Of a stretch of 64,000 bases of DNA, positions 12,913 to 23,800 are shown in pieces; position 1 is the first letter of the stretch, and each line of letters opens with the position of its first letter. A model generated the notes under the pieces. The model was not told where the DNA came from, searched no databases, and worked only from the letters and a program-made list of their open reading frames with translations. The DNA is from Mobula birostris (taxonomy: Eukaryota): positions 24,753,649-24,817,648 of the forward strand of contig NC_092398.1 of the NCBI RefSeq assembly GCF_030028105.1, given 5' to 3'. The translations under genes and the position numbers were made by a program.

Positions 12913-13842
12913 TTCAATTGGTGGATTTCGTTTCCGATTAGTTTGTCAGAACAGCGAGAGAATGGAGATTTCAACACCTCCCGCATCTGCTCCCTGAGCT
13001 TCTTCTGGGTCAAGGCGTAAAGAGCCGTGTTTATGCAGCAGCTCAGAAGCTGCAGCATGTAGCCCAGCTCCCTCATGGTCGAAGGTGGGAACAAGGCAAA
13101 ATTCAAATATGATAAACGAAAAAAATACGATCGTATCTACACAGTGTGCACAACAAAAAACACCCACAACACGATGAAATTCGCCGACACGACCAACAGC
13201 AAAATGAGCGACTTCCTCCGGCTTTGCATCTCCGGGTCTTTGGAGCTATCCCCATTGCTGTGATTCCGGAGTCTCCTCCGGGCTCTACTCGCCACCACCA
13301 CGTGTATGATAGTCAAAGCACTGAGCAGCAGAATGACCACAAATGGGATCACAGGCGTCAGAAAGAAGCTGCAAGACTCCACCACTGTCCATGCAACTGA
13401 GAACAGAGCACCGTCTCTTCCGTGGCAAAACCAAGGGACGTTATTAAACTGGTGGTGTCCTGAGAGCAAAAAATACCAGAAAATGTTCTTTAAACAGCTC
13501 AGGGCGGCCACAGTCCACAGAACAACAGCCGCAGTTCTCTAGGTGCAGTATTTAGCTTTCAGATTCTGGTAGCGAATAGCCACAAATCGGTCAAGGTGAA
13601 CATGACGGTGAACCAGACGGAGCATTGGTAGGCTGTGTAACGTAGGACGGCGTGGATATTACACACGGGGAAGTTTATCAGGAATATAAACGCTTCCCAA
13701 AAAACAATAGGAATCTGAATCAATACCCGGTCGAAGACAACAACGAGAAGATCCGCCATTGCCATGGCCATAAAGTAACGAGCGACGCCTTTCGAAAGAC
13801 CGCAATTTCCCTGGGACAGGACAACAATCGTCAGCGCGTTCA
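12903..13842 (-). pseudogene. GPR139-like 7TM GPCR copy 1, exon 2, disrupted
   Basis: Homologous to the intact 37652-38550 exon. It has a 1-bp deletion at 13592/13593 (TTC GAC to TT GAC, just before the DRF motif), TAG at 13539-13541 (GAG in copy 2), TAG at 13137-13139 (TGG in copy 2), and an indel that loses the normal stop. Confidence 0.93.
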
Positions 13843-14752
13843 CTATTGGGATTGAAAGAAACACAAGCATGCTTGTGGGCAAGGAATAATGTCAGCACAG
13901 TCACAGACAGAAAGTATAGAAACATGTTTTTGAACGCAGAATGGAAGACTGCAGTTTTCCAGCATCAGCGATGTCTGCAGGTGACGAGGATTATAGCTCA
14001 GTGAAATCGACAAAGAACTGGAAAATAACGTCACAACGCCAAACAACGAACAGCTGAGAAAATGTGCTCTCGGATTTCGGTGAAGATGAATTTGAAATAG
14101 GGCTCGAAATTGGTCATTGAATTGGAATTGCTTTACTATTACGGAAGTAGAATAACAAGGGTACAGGGAAACACGCGTCTCCACAATGTGCGTACAGATC
14201 AATTCTTTACCAGTGCTTTGAGGCGTGACGTCATATCAGTTCAGGCTCTCCGGCTTCTTCTGCTGGTCTTTTAAATTTATATAATATTTCGGAAGCCATC
14301 CATTTTAAACGGCAGTCCAAATTGGGAGTTCGGTATCTAAAGCTGCAACGCACACTTACTCAGTTGAAATTTTTAAACGCCAGCTCAGAAGATCTTTATT
14401 TAAGCTTGATTTTAAATGGAATTATTTTGTCTGCTCTTTTCATGTTATTTCTGTTTGTATTATAAAGGCACATTAAAACTTCGCCTATTTGGAAAGTGCT
14501 CTAATTATTATTATTATTATTTTTATTGTTGCTGTTTTTGTTGTTGTGATTGTTGTTGTTTAAAGAAAACAAAAACGGGGAGATAAATGTTATTGACCGA
14601 ATCTGTCAATGTATTACAGGATCATCATCAAAAGTTCAGTTAGTGAGGACGATGGACTGCGTTAACCGGAAAATGTTATTAAATTCCTACCTATCAAATC
14701 ACTTTACAGGAACCCGTGATCACTGCTTCTCCTTCTCTGGTCAGCAACTTAC

Positions 14753-14932
14753 CGGGAAATGCAACCAAAGCGAGAACGGGCAGTAGATGGGCTGAATTGT
14801 CCGGAGTAAATACCAGATCCGTCTGTCTGCTGGTATCCAAGGGTCATTCGAAAAAATATAGGGAGCCAGGCTGAAGACACCCTTCCCTGTCCCTGGAACA
14901 TTCCATGGTCCTATTTCTCGTTCCTGAACCAT
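14753..14932 (-). pseudogene. Putative exon 1 of GPR139-like copy 1 (N-terminus and first half of TM1), frameshifted
   Basis: Reads ATG...RRIWYLLRTIQPIYCP and then, in a shifted frame, VLALVAFP-G|GTAAGT, resembling the family's IYYPxLAxxxxP exon-1 end. Length is 180 nt (phase 0), but exon 2 needs phase 1. Intron 14752-13843 is GT..AG. Confidence 0.75.
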
Positions 14933-15095
14933 TGCCTGTCACTGTTCCCAGATTCCAGTCGGTGACCGGCGATTCGCACGCTGCACATGTGACCGTTCAC
15001 GTAAAATTCCACTTTGATGTTCGCAGTTCCCCAATTATTGTCTTCCGCTGTCGAGCCGCTGCGGTCCGAGTGTGAACCTTCATCGGAAGGAGCAA

Positions 15096-15104
15096 TTTTA
15101 AATA
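15096..15104 (-). promoter_or_regulatory. TATA-like TATTTAAAA ~165 bp upstream of the putative exon-1 ATG
   Basis: Motif and position only; also present in unit 2. Confidence 0.3.
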
Positions 15105-16269
15105 GAACTTCTAATCCCCCAGGGACACAACCAGGCTCCATACAGGATGATGTTAATTACTCAACATACATCTACGTTTAACCCCTTTGAATTCGGATCT
15201 TTGGTGCAAAAGGTAAAACGAATTATTAAATAGAGTGGTGATGTCCAGGATATATGTCCACCGATCCCGGACATTCGTTCTGCATCATCTTGCAGGAGAC
15301 AGAATAGCTTGCAAGCACGTACCATCAGTCTCAGTAACAGCTTCAGTCACGACATTTTTAAAATATTCAACCCTTCCCCCTGGCGATTAGATGGACTCTT
15401 GATATTGCAATCTGCCTCGCTCTGACTTTGCAAATTGTTGTTCCCCTGCGCCGCACTTTCTCTGTAACTGCAGCACTTTATTCTGCATTCTGTCATTGTA
15501 TTATCCGGAAATCAATGCACTGAGGCAATCATTCTTTTCTTTTGAATGAGGAGTATGTAAAACAAGGTTGTTTTCTTTTCCCAGCATTGGCAAATACAAT
15601 GAAGTCCCGTGTACCATCAGTGTCCCATCGGGCAGGATGCTGCGCAGCGTCATCACCAGGACCAGCAGTATCTAAAACAGTTACTTTCTCCAGGTAGTAA
15701 GGCTGATCGATACTTCTACCGACCAACACATTCCACCAACTCCCCCTCCCACCCAACACCACTACTTTATCATTTCCTATCAGTAAACATGTGAACAGCC
15801 CTTAGAGTCACTTTGTAGACATATCAATCTCTGAATATAAACTATTTAAGTATTTATATTTATTGTCCTTTTTATTACTGTGCTCTTTGCCCTATTGTGT
15901 TTTTTGGCTCTGCAATGGATCCGGAGTAACAACTGTTTCGTTCCCCTTTCCCCTTTCTCCTTTCGTTCCCATTTACTAATTGATCACTCTGCAGTGTGAT
16001 GGACCAATCGGTTAGGGAGCGGCTTGCAGGTCTGATGAAAGACTCAGAGGGGATCCTTTCTTTCGACGGGAGGAGGCTGATGGAAACCCTGCAACTTTGC
16101 TCCAGCTAATCTGACGTCACTGCGTCGGCGATGAAGGAGTGGATCATGTTGTATCGGATGAGTGACAATTCGGAATTTACGCTGACGAAATTGCTTTATT
16201 TATGAAAGGGATTTGGACCAAGTCTGTATTAAAGTTCAACATATATTAAATCCCGTTTAAACGCCCATC

Positions 16270-16720
16270 TACTCGACTGAAACAATGACAACAAACACAG
16301 ACTGTTGGAGGAGCTCGGCAGATCAGGCAGCCAATATGGAAGTGAATAAACAGTGGACGTTTCCGGTCGAGACCATTTATCTGGACCGAAGAAGAAGGAG
16401 GCACACGCCAGAGTGAAATGGTGAGGGAGACGATAAGGAATACAGACCGGTACGTCATACTTGTAGCCAAGTGACCGAGTAAATGGGTGGTTGCGGAAGA
16501 GGGATGAAGTAAAGACGCTGTAGTTAATAGTTGGAAAAATAAGAGCAAGAGAAGAAGGAATCTGATAAGAGAGGGGAATAGACCATAGGGGAAATTGAAG
16601 GAGGTGATCACAAGGGGGGAGGTGATCTGCTTGTGAGGGAATGAAGGAAGAGTGGTGTCAGAATGAATAATTGAAGAAACGGGAAGGGGAGCGGAGAAAA
16701 TTATCGGAAAATATTAAAAC
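16270..16720 (-). mobile_element. Penelope-like 3' fragment, antisense (copy ~40980-41430)
   Basis: ggaggagctcggcagatcaggcagc...gaataaacagtggacgtttccggtcgagacc is the reverse of the same 3' motif. Confidence 0.55.
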
Positions 16721-17341
16721 ATTGACATTTTTCTTTTTATGCACCTACCATATCAAAAATACTTCCACGATTAAACCAGTTAGTACATCTGACGTGTTGC
16801 GTTCGGATCACATCGCAGGAAAATATAAGCCAGCCTACCAATATTTCCTCATAACCTGCAAACCAACAGATTGCCCAGAGATTCTCCTCCGCACTGCTTT
16901 GCATCCTGCTGGACGTTGGTGATCAGAATTACCCACAGTACTCTAAACGCGGGCAACGTAATGTTATGCTCATGAGAGTGGTGTTGATTGAAGGAACCGC
17001 TTTGACTGAATAGTGGAGAAGTCCTGTTGGGCAGAATAGCTTCATTATGATGCTATAATTTGTGGGTACAATACCTCATCTGGGTCCCTTTCACTTTCCA
17101 GTTTTACCCTTTATATTCACAGGTACGCCCTGTCCTTCGCCTGTTGATCACTCTGTTAACACTCTCTCACTGGCCGTCTCTTCTTTCCGTTCGACTGCTG
17201 CTAGTTCTCGACGAAATGTCTGGATATTATCTCTGCTCTAGTTTATGGCCACAACACTGTGAACCTTCATCGCTATTCGCGCCTGTGTTTCCTTTTCTTA
17301 CAACTCTCCACATTCTCTATCCTTACCCTCTCTCCTTGTCC

Positions 17342-17345
<4 letters not shown>

Positions 17346-17374
<29 letters not shown>
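17346..17374. repeat. (CT)n microsatellite, 6 bp shorter in unit 2
   Basis: Direct reading; the unit offset shifts from 24709 to 24703 here. Confidence 0.9.
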
Positions 17375-17379
<5 letters not shown>

Positions 17380-17870
17380 GCTCCAGACCCCCTTGCTGTG
17401 TTGGCATCCATTGTGCGCACATCAAACAGCAGTACAAACGGGGCTCTATGTTGAGGGATGGGTGCACACAGAACAAACTAGTGCACAGCGGCGGTGTGGA
17501 GAGGACCGTGTGCACGCCGGACTCAAGTGCACTGGGGACAGTTTTCAGATGTGTCTGTACAGACCGGACCAGTTAACGATGAAATTTCTTTTGACACACC
17601 TGCCATTGGAAAACATACTTCCGTGATTAATCCCGTCTGTACATTTCATCAACGAATGTATTTCCTTCGGGTCACCTTGCACGGAAATTACGATCAACCT
17701 GTCCAATAGAGAGAGTCGTGGAGTAATAGAAAAGTACAGCACAGAAAAAGACCCTTCGGCCACTCTAGTCTGAGCCGAACTAAATAAACTTCTACTCCCC
17801 TCTGCCAACACGCGTATCACAGCCTTCCCTAACCCAGGCATCCGTTTATCTGTCCAAGCGCCTCTCAGAC

Positions 17871-20179
17871 CAGAGGTCCCCAACCACCGGGCCGCGGATC
17901 GGTACCGGGCCGCAAAGCATGTGCTACCGGGCCGCGAGGAAACCTTTCCTCATTCCCTGTCACGTACTGTTGAGTCATTACGCATGCGAGGTCATGAACC
18001 GCGCTTCATCCATGTCAGCGCGGGAAGGAGATCAATTCCCTGAGCTTGCAAATGACGGCAGGCTGAAAAGTATGTTTGACATAACATCTCAGCCGGCATT
18101 CTGGATCAAAGTCAAGGCTAAATAACCTGAGATAGCCACGAAAGCATTGAAAACGATGCTTCCATTTCCAAAATATCTCTGCGAAGCGGGCATTTCTGCA
18201 ATGAATGCAACAAAAACTAAATTGTGGAATAAACTGGACATAAGCAACCCCCTTGGAGTAAAGTGTCTCCCATCACCCCTGGATAGGACCCTCTCCTTGC
18301 AGGGAAACAAGCCCAGGGCTCCCACTGATTCACCGATATTGGTGTGTTGCAATGATTCTATATGTCCACACGGGGAAAATATGTGTTCTGTGTTTAATAT
18401 CCAAACGGTACTTAAAATGTTATAATGCTATTGACTTATATAAGCATATAACAATTACAGCACAGAAACAAACCACCTCTGCCCTTCTAGTCCGTGCCGA
18501 ACGCTTACTCTCACCTAGTCCCAACGACCAGCACACAGCCCACAACCCTCCATTCCTTTCCTGTCCATATATCTATCCATTTTTTCTTTAAATGGTAATA
18601 TCGAACCTGTCTCTACCACATCTACTGGGTTCGTTCAATACTTACTTCAAGCTCCCCTGTCCTCCCCTGATAATTGATTTATCACTATATTCATGCGAGG
18701 AAAATATGCGCTGTGTGTTTAATATTAAATTTCGCCAGATAAACTCTTTTAGAAAGGAAATTGAGTGTATTAGGCACTTATTACCGATATTCCGGACGTG
18801 GTTCCCCGGCACCGCCGAACAGAATCGGGGCGGGGGGCGGATAGGGTTGCCAACAGACAAGAGTAGCAGTCAAATACGCTCTGTTCACACCGAGAAAGCT
18901 TTCAATGACCACGAAGCCTCGTGCGGGCACCAGTGCACATGCATTTCCGTGCAGATATTTTTTTTCCCTACAATTCTTTTTGGCGATTCTGATCGGGGGA
19001 TTGGGGGTTTGTTAACCACGACCGGAATACCGGTAATAACTGCCTAATACACTCAACTTTCTTTCTAAAAGGGTTTATCTAACGAACTTAATATTATACA
19101 CACTGCGCATATTTTCCTCACATGAACATAGTGATAAGTCAATTATCAGGGGAGGACAGGGGAGCGTGAAGTAAGTGTTGAATGAACTTCCAGTAGAAAT
19201 GGTAGAGGCAGGTTCGATATTATCATTTAAAGAAAAATTCGATGGATGTATGGGTAGGAAAGGAATTGCGGGTTGTGGGCTGAGTGCAGATCGGTGGGAC
19301 TAGGTGAGAGTAGCGTTCAGAGCTGGCTAGAAGGGGAGAAGTGGCCTGTTTCCGTGCTGTAATTGTTATATGGTTATATAAGTCAATAGCATCATAACAT
19401 TTTAAGTAACGTTTGCATATTAAACACACAGCACATATAAAATCATTGCAACACACCGATATCGCTGAATCAGTGGGAGCTTTGGACTTGTTTCCCTGCA
19501 AGGAGACGGTCCTGTCGAGGGGTGATGGGAGACAGCGATACTCGAAGGGGGTTCCTTATGTCCAGTCTATTCCGCAATTTAGTTTTCGTTGCATTCATTG
19601 CAGAAAAGCCCGCTTCGCAGACATATTTTGGAAATGGAAGCAGTGTTTTCAGTGCTTTCGTGGCTATCTCAGGATATTTAGCTTTGGCTTTGATCCAGAA
19701 TGCCGGCAGAGATGTTATGTCAAACATACCTTTTAGCCCGCCGTCATTTGCAAGCTCGGGGAGTTGATCTCCTTCCCGCGGTGACATGGACGATGCACGG
19801 TTAATGACCTCGCATGCGTAATGGTTCAACAGTGCGTGACAGGGAATGAGGAAAGGTTTCCTCGCGGCCCGGTAGCACATGCTTTGCAGCCAGGTATCGC
19901 TCCGCGGCACGGTGGTTGGGGACCGCAGGCCAAAATAAAATTCTAGTGAGCGGAGGGGAATGTGCAGGTAAACGCATGTGCACTGGTGCCCGCGCAAGGC
20001 TTCATGGACTTTGAAGTCTTTCTCGGGGTAAACACAACGTATTTGACTGCTATTCTTGTCCGTTGGCAACCCGACTCCCTACAACAACACGCGCCCCCCC
20101 CCCCCACCCCACCGCGGTCGGCAAGAATATTGTCAATATTAAACCGGTCCACAGTGCAAAAAAAGTTTGGGGACTCCTG
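17871..20179. mobile_element. Non-autonomous Charlie-type hAT element with a second family member nested in inverted orientation (18827-19928)
   Basis: Termini cagaggtccccaacc / tttggggactcctg. Transposase C-terminal remnant FWIKAKAKYPEIATKALKTLLPFPKYVCEAGFSAM...RNRLDIRNPLR occurs on both strands. Arms 17871-18786 and 19031-19928 are reverse complements. Confidence 0.82.
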
Positions 20180-20184
20180 CATTT

Positions 20185-20625
20185 ATCCCTACTCTTTTTT
20201 TCCTCTCATCCAACCAATTTTCTATCCCTGTCAGTACCCTACCCCCAATACCATTTACTCTAATTTTGCACACTAACCTCTATGTGGCTTCCTGAAAGTC
20301 CAGGTACAGTACATCCACTAGCTTTCCAATGTCCATTTTTTTAGTTACATTCTCAAAAAAAATCCAGATATTAGTCAAGCGTCATTTCCCTTTCGTAAAT
20401 CCATGCTGACTCGGACCTATCCTGCCACTGCTATCCAAATATTCCGCTATTACATCTTTTATAATGAATTCCAGTATCTTCCCCACCACTGATGTCAGAC
20501 TAACTGGTCTATAATTGCCTGTTTACTCTCTCCCTCCTTTCTTAAAAAGTTGGATAACATTCGCTACCCTCCAATCCGTAGGAACTGATCCTGAATCTAT
20601 AGAACATTGGAAAGTAATTACCAAT
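20185..20625 (-). mobile_element. CR1 RT fragment, antisense (unit 2 copy ~44886-45326)
   Basis: Reverse complement reads ctgacatcagtggtggggaagatactgg...cagcatggatttacgaaagggaaa...tacctggactttcagg, the CR1 RT core. Confidence 0.75.
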
Positions 20626-20654
20626 GCCCCAATGTAAAATTAAGTTACAATGTA

Positions 20655-22310
20655 AATTGAAAAGCGTGAATACAGGACTCAAAGTGTCATATCTGAAAGC
20701 ATGCAGTACACTAGAATAAGGTAGATGAACTTGTAGCACAGTTAGAGATCGGCAGGTATGATGTTGTAAGCATCACGGAATCATGGCTGAAAGAAGATTA
20801 TAGCTGGGACATTAATATCCAACGGTAAACGTTGTATCGCAAGGACGGTTCTGGAAGACTGGAAAATTGCAAATGTCTCTCCAGTCTTCAACAGGGGAGA
20901 GAGAAGAAGAAAGAAAATTATCGGACAGTATGCCTGTCCTCAATAGTTGGGAAGACGTGGGAGTCGATTGTTAAGAATGTGGTTTCAGGGTACAAGGAGG
21001 CACATGATAAAACAGGCCATAGTCACCATGGTTCCCTCTGAGGGAAATCTTGCCTGATAAATCTGTTAGAATTCTTTGAAGAAATAACAAGCAAAATAGA
21101 CAAAGGACAATCTATTCATGTTGTGTACTTGGGTTTTCAGAAGGCCATTGACAAGGTGCCACACGTGAGGCTGCTTGGTAAGCTACGAGCTCATGGTATT
21201 ACAGGAAAGAATCTAGCATGGATAAAGCAGTGGCTGACTGGCAGGAGGCAAAGACTAGGAATAAAGGGGGCTTTTCTGGTGGCTGCCGGTGACTACTCGT
21301 GTTCCACGAGGTCTGTGTTAGGACCGATTCTTCTTACATTATATGTTAATGATTTGGATGATGGATTTAATGGCTTTGTTGCAACATTGCAGAAGATACT
21401 CAGACAGGTGGAGGGGTAGATAGTTTGGCAGAATTATGGAGGCTACAGAAGTACTTAGACAGATTAGGAGAATGGACAAAGAAGTGTCAGGTGGAATACA
21501 GTGTCGGGAAGTACGTGGTCATATACTTCGATAGAAGAAGTGAAAGGGTTGACTCTTTTCTAAGTGGAGAGAAAATACAAAATCTGAGGCACAAGGGGAC
21601 TTGGGAGCCCTTGTGCTGGATTCTCTGAAGCTCAATTTGCAGGTTGAGTCTGTGGTGAGGAAGTCAAATGCAATATTAGAATTAATTTCAAGAGGACTAG
21701 AATATAAAAGCAAGGATGTAATATTGAGACTTTATAAGACACTGGTAAGGCTTCACTTTAAGTATTGCGAGCAGCTTGGTACCCGTTATCTTAGAAAGGA
21801 TGTGCTGAAATTGGAGAAGGTTCAAAGGAGCTTCACGAAAATGATTCCAGAAATAAACATCTTATCATATGGAGAGTGTGTGATGGTATTAGGCTTGTAT
21901 TCACTGAATCAGCATAATGAGGGGTGATCATTGAAACCTATCAAATGGTTAAAGGCTTTGATAGAGTGGATGTGGAGAGAATGAGTCCTATGGTGGGAAA
22001 GTCTAAGACAAGAGGGCATAACCTCAGAATAGAGGGGCATCCTTTTAGGACATAGTTAAGGAGGAATTTCTTTAGCCAGCTTGCGGTGAATCGGTGGATT
22101 TCTTTGCCACAGGCGGCTGCGGAGGCCAAGTCTTTATATATATTTAAGGCAAACGTTGAAAGTTTCTTGATTGGTCAGGGCATGAAGGGATACGGGGAGA
22201 AGGCAGGAGATTGGGACTGAGAGGAAAAATACATCAGTCATGATAAAATGGCAGGGCAGACTCAACGGGTCAAATGGCCTAATTGTGCTCCTATATTTAG
22301 TGTTTTTGTC
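20655..22310 (+). mobile_element. Internally deleted CR1 LINE (endonuclease start joined to RT and 3' end)
   Basis: Decayed KVDELVAQLEIGRYDVV.ITESWLKED, YLGFQKAIDKVPHVRLLGKLRAHG, YVNDLDDG and LEYKSKDVILRLYKTLVR. Boundaries approximate. Confidence 0.85.
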
Positions 22311-22959
22311 GTTAATGATTTGCAGAAGCGTTGATGAAATCGAACTGTACCATGGGCTTCAGAGGACGTTGGAGTCAGGCGTTTATCGATGGCCTATGCC
22401 CAAAACAGTATGTAAGGTGAGTGAGTAATGGTGTCAAAGATGACAGGGAGAAAGTAGGAAAATGGAGTTGATGGGGGCATCAAATCAACCATGATGGGGC
22501 GATGGAGCAGGATCGATGGGCTGAATGGCCTAAACCTGCTCCTCGGTCTTATTCTCACTGAGCAAAAACAGCCTCGTCCCTTCCTTCAGTTTTTTTGGAA
22601 CCCAACCTTGTTATTCTATTTTTTTCAATTCTTAGTTGTTTTGAACATTTGCAGTAATCTTTTTACGTCTTTGCCCCGACCTTCACGTCACAGAAGTCAG
22701 TGATGATAAATCTGATTTGAGAATAGTGCAGAGACGGTTCCCCAGCTTAATCCACATTGATGAAGCTCTGTAAGCCTCTCAGCCACTTGCCCTTCGACGT
22801 GCAGCAGTACAAGATTCCAGTCACCACCATTGCGCACAGCCCGAGTATCCCCAGGACAGCTCCAACAATCATCAAAGCTTCATTCTCAACCAGTGCGTTG
22901 TGTTCTGAGCAGAAAACGTTCGAGGTTCTGTCGTTGTGTTAAGTCATGTTTCATATCAT

Positions 22960-23590
22960 ATCATTAAGTTCAAAGTTAATTTATTATCAGAGTACTGACG
23001 TATATGTCAACCTATGCAACTCTGAGGTTCAAGCTCCTGTGGGCATACTGGGCAAATCTATAGAGTAGTAACTAGAACGGGATCAATGAACGATCAACTT
23101 GACTGCAGAAGACAACAAACTGTGCCACTGTGCTGTGCAATAAATAAATAGCATCAAATAACCAGAAACTGCGATAAAGAGTCCTTAAAGAGAGATCATT
23201 GGTTGCAGGAGCACCTTAATGGATGGACAAGTGAGTGTAATCAAGAGTCCGATGGCTGACGGGTGGTAACTGATTCTGAACCTGGTGGTGTGAGTCCCGA
23301 GGCTCCTGTGCTTTCCACCTGATGGCAGGAGCGAGAGAAGTGCATGGCCTGGGTGGTGGGGATCTCTGAGAAAGAATACTGCTTTCCTAAAATGTTGTTT
23401 CATGTAGATGTGATCAATGGTTGGGAGGGCTTCACCCGTGATGTACTGGACCAAATCCAGTATCTTTTGTAGGATTTTCCACTCAAAGGCATTGGTGTTT
23501 CCATACCAGTCTGTAATGCAGCCAGTCAATTCACATCTAGAAAAGTTTGTCAAAGTTTCAGTGTCAGGTCAAATCTCCAGTGACTCCAAA
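22960..23590 (-). mobile_element. Rex/Babar-type LINE 3' fragment, antisense (unit 2 copy ~47661-48291)
   Basis: ORF 23185-23553: LTGCITDWYGN...RDPHHPGHALLSLLPSGG...TTRFRISYHPSAIGLL. Confidence 0.8.
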
Positions 23591-23800
23591 GGAAGTAGGG
23601 ACAAGTCTACTTCCTTAAGAGGTGACTTGTTGTCAGCAGCTGCCATGGGAATCATCAAATATTCCCATTGTTCAGGACTACAACAGCTGAAATGCGTGGT
23701 CTCGGCTATGGATACTTCAGTAAATAACACATTTCACAACGTATCCCAAAGATATTAAACCTGATTCTGTTTTGTAAAGGCATGTTCAATGTACGAGGAG

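Noticed and set aside
17060-17626. 188-aa hydrophobic ORF (186 aa in unit 2)
   Set aside because: TTG start, runs through decayed repeat sequence and a (CT)n microsatellite, and has no domain motifs.
19470-20069. 199-aa ORF (and 44173-44772) resembling a ZBED8/SCAND3-like protein
   Set aside because: Starts at TTG and crosses the junction between two nested non-autonomous elements; it contains only a transposase C-terminal remnant.
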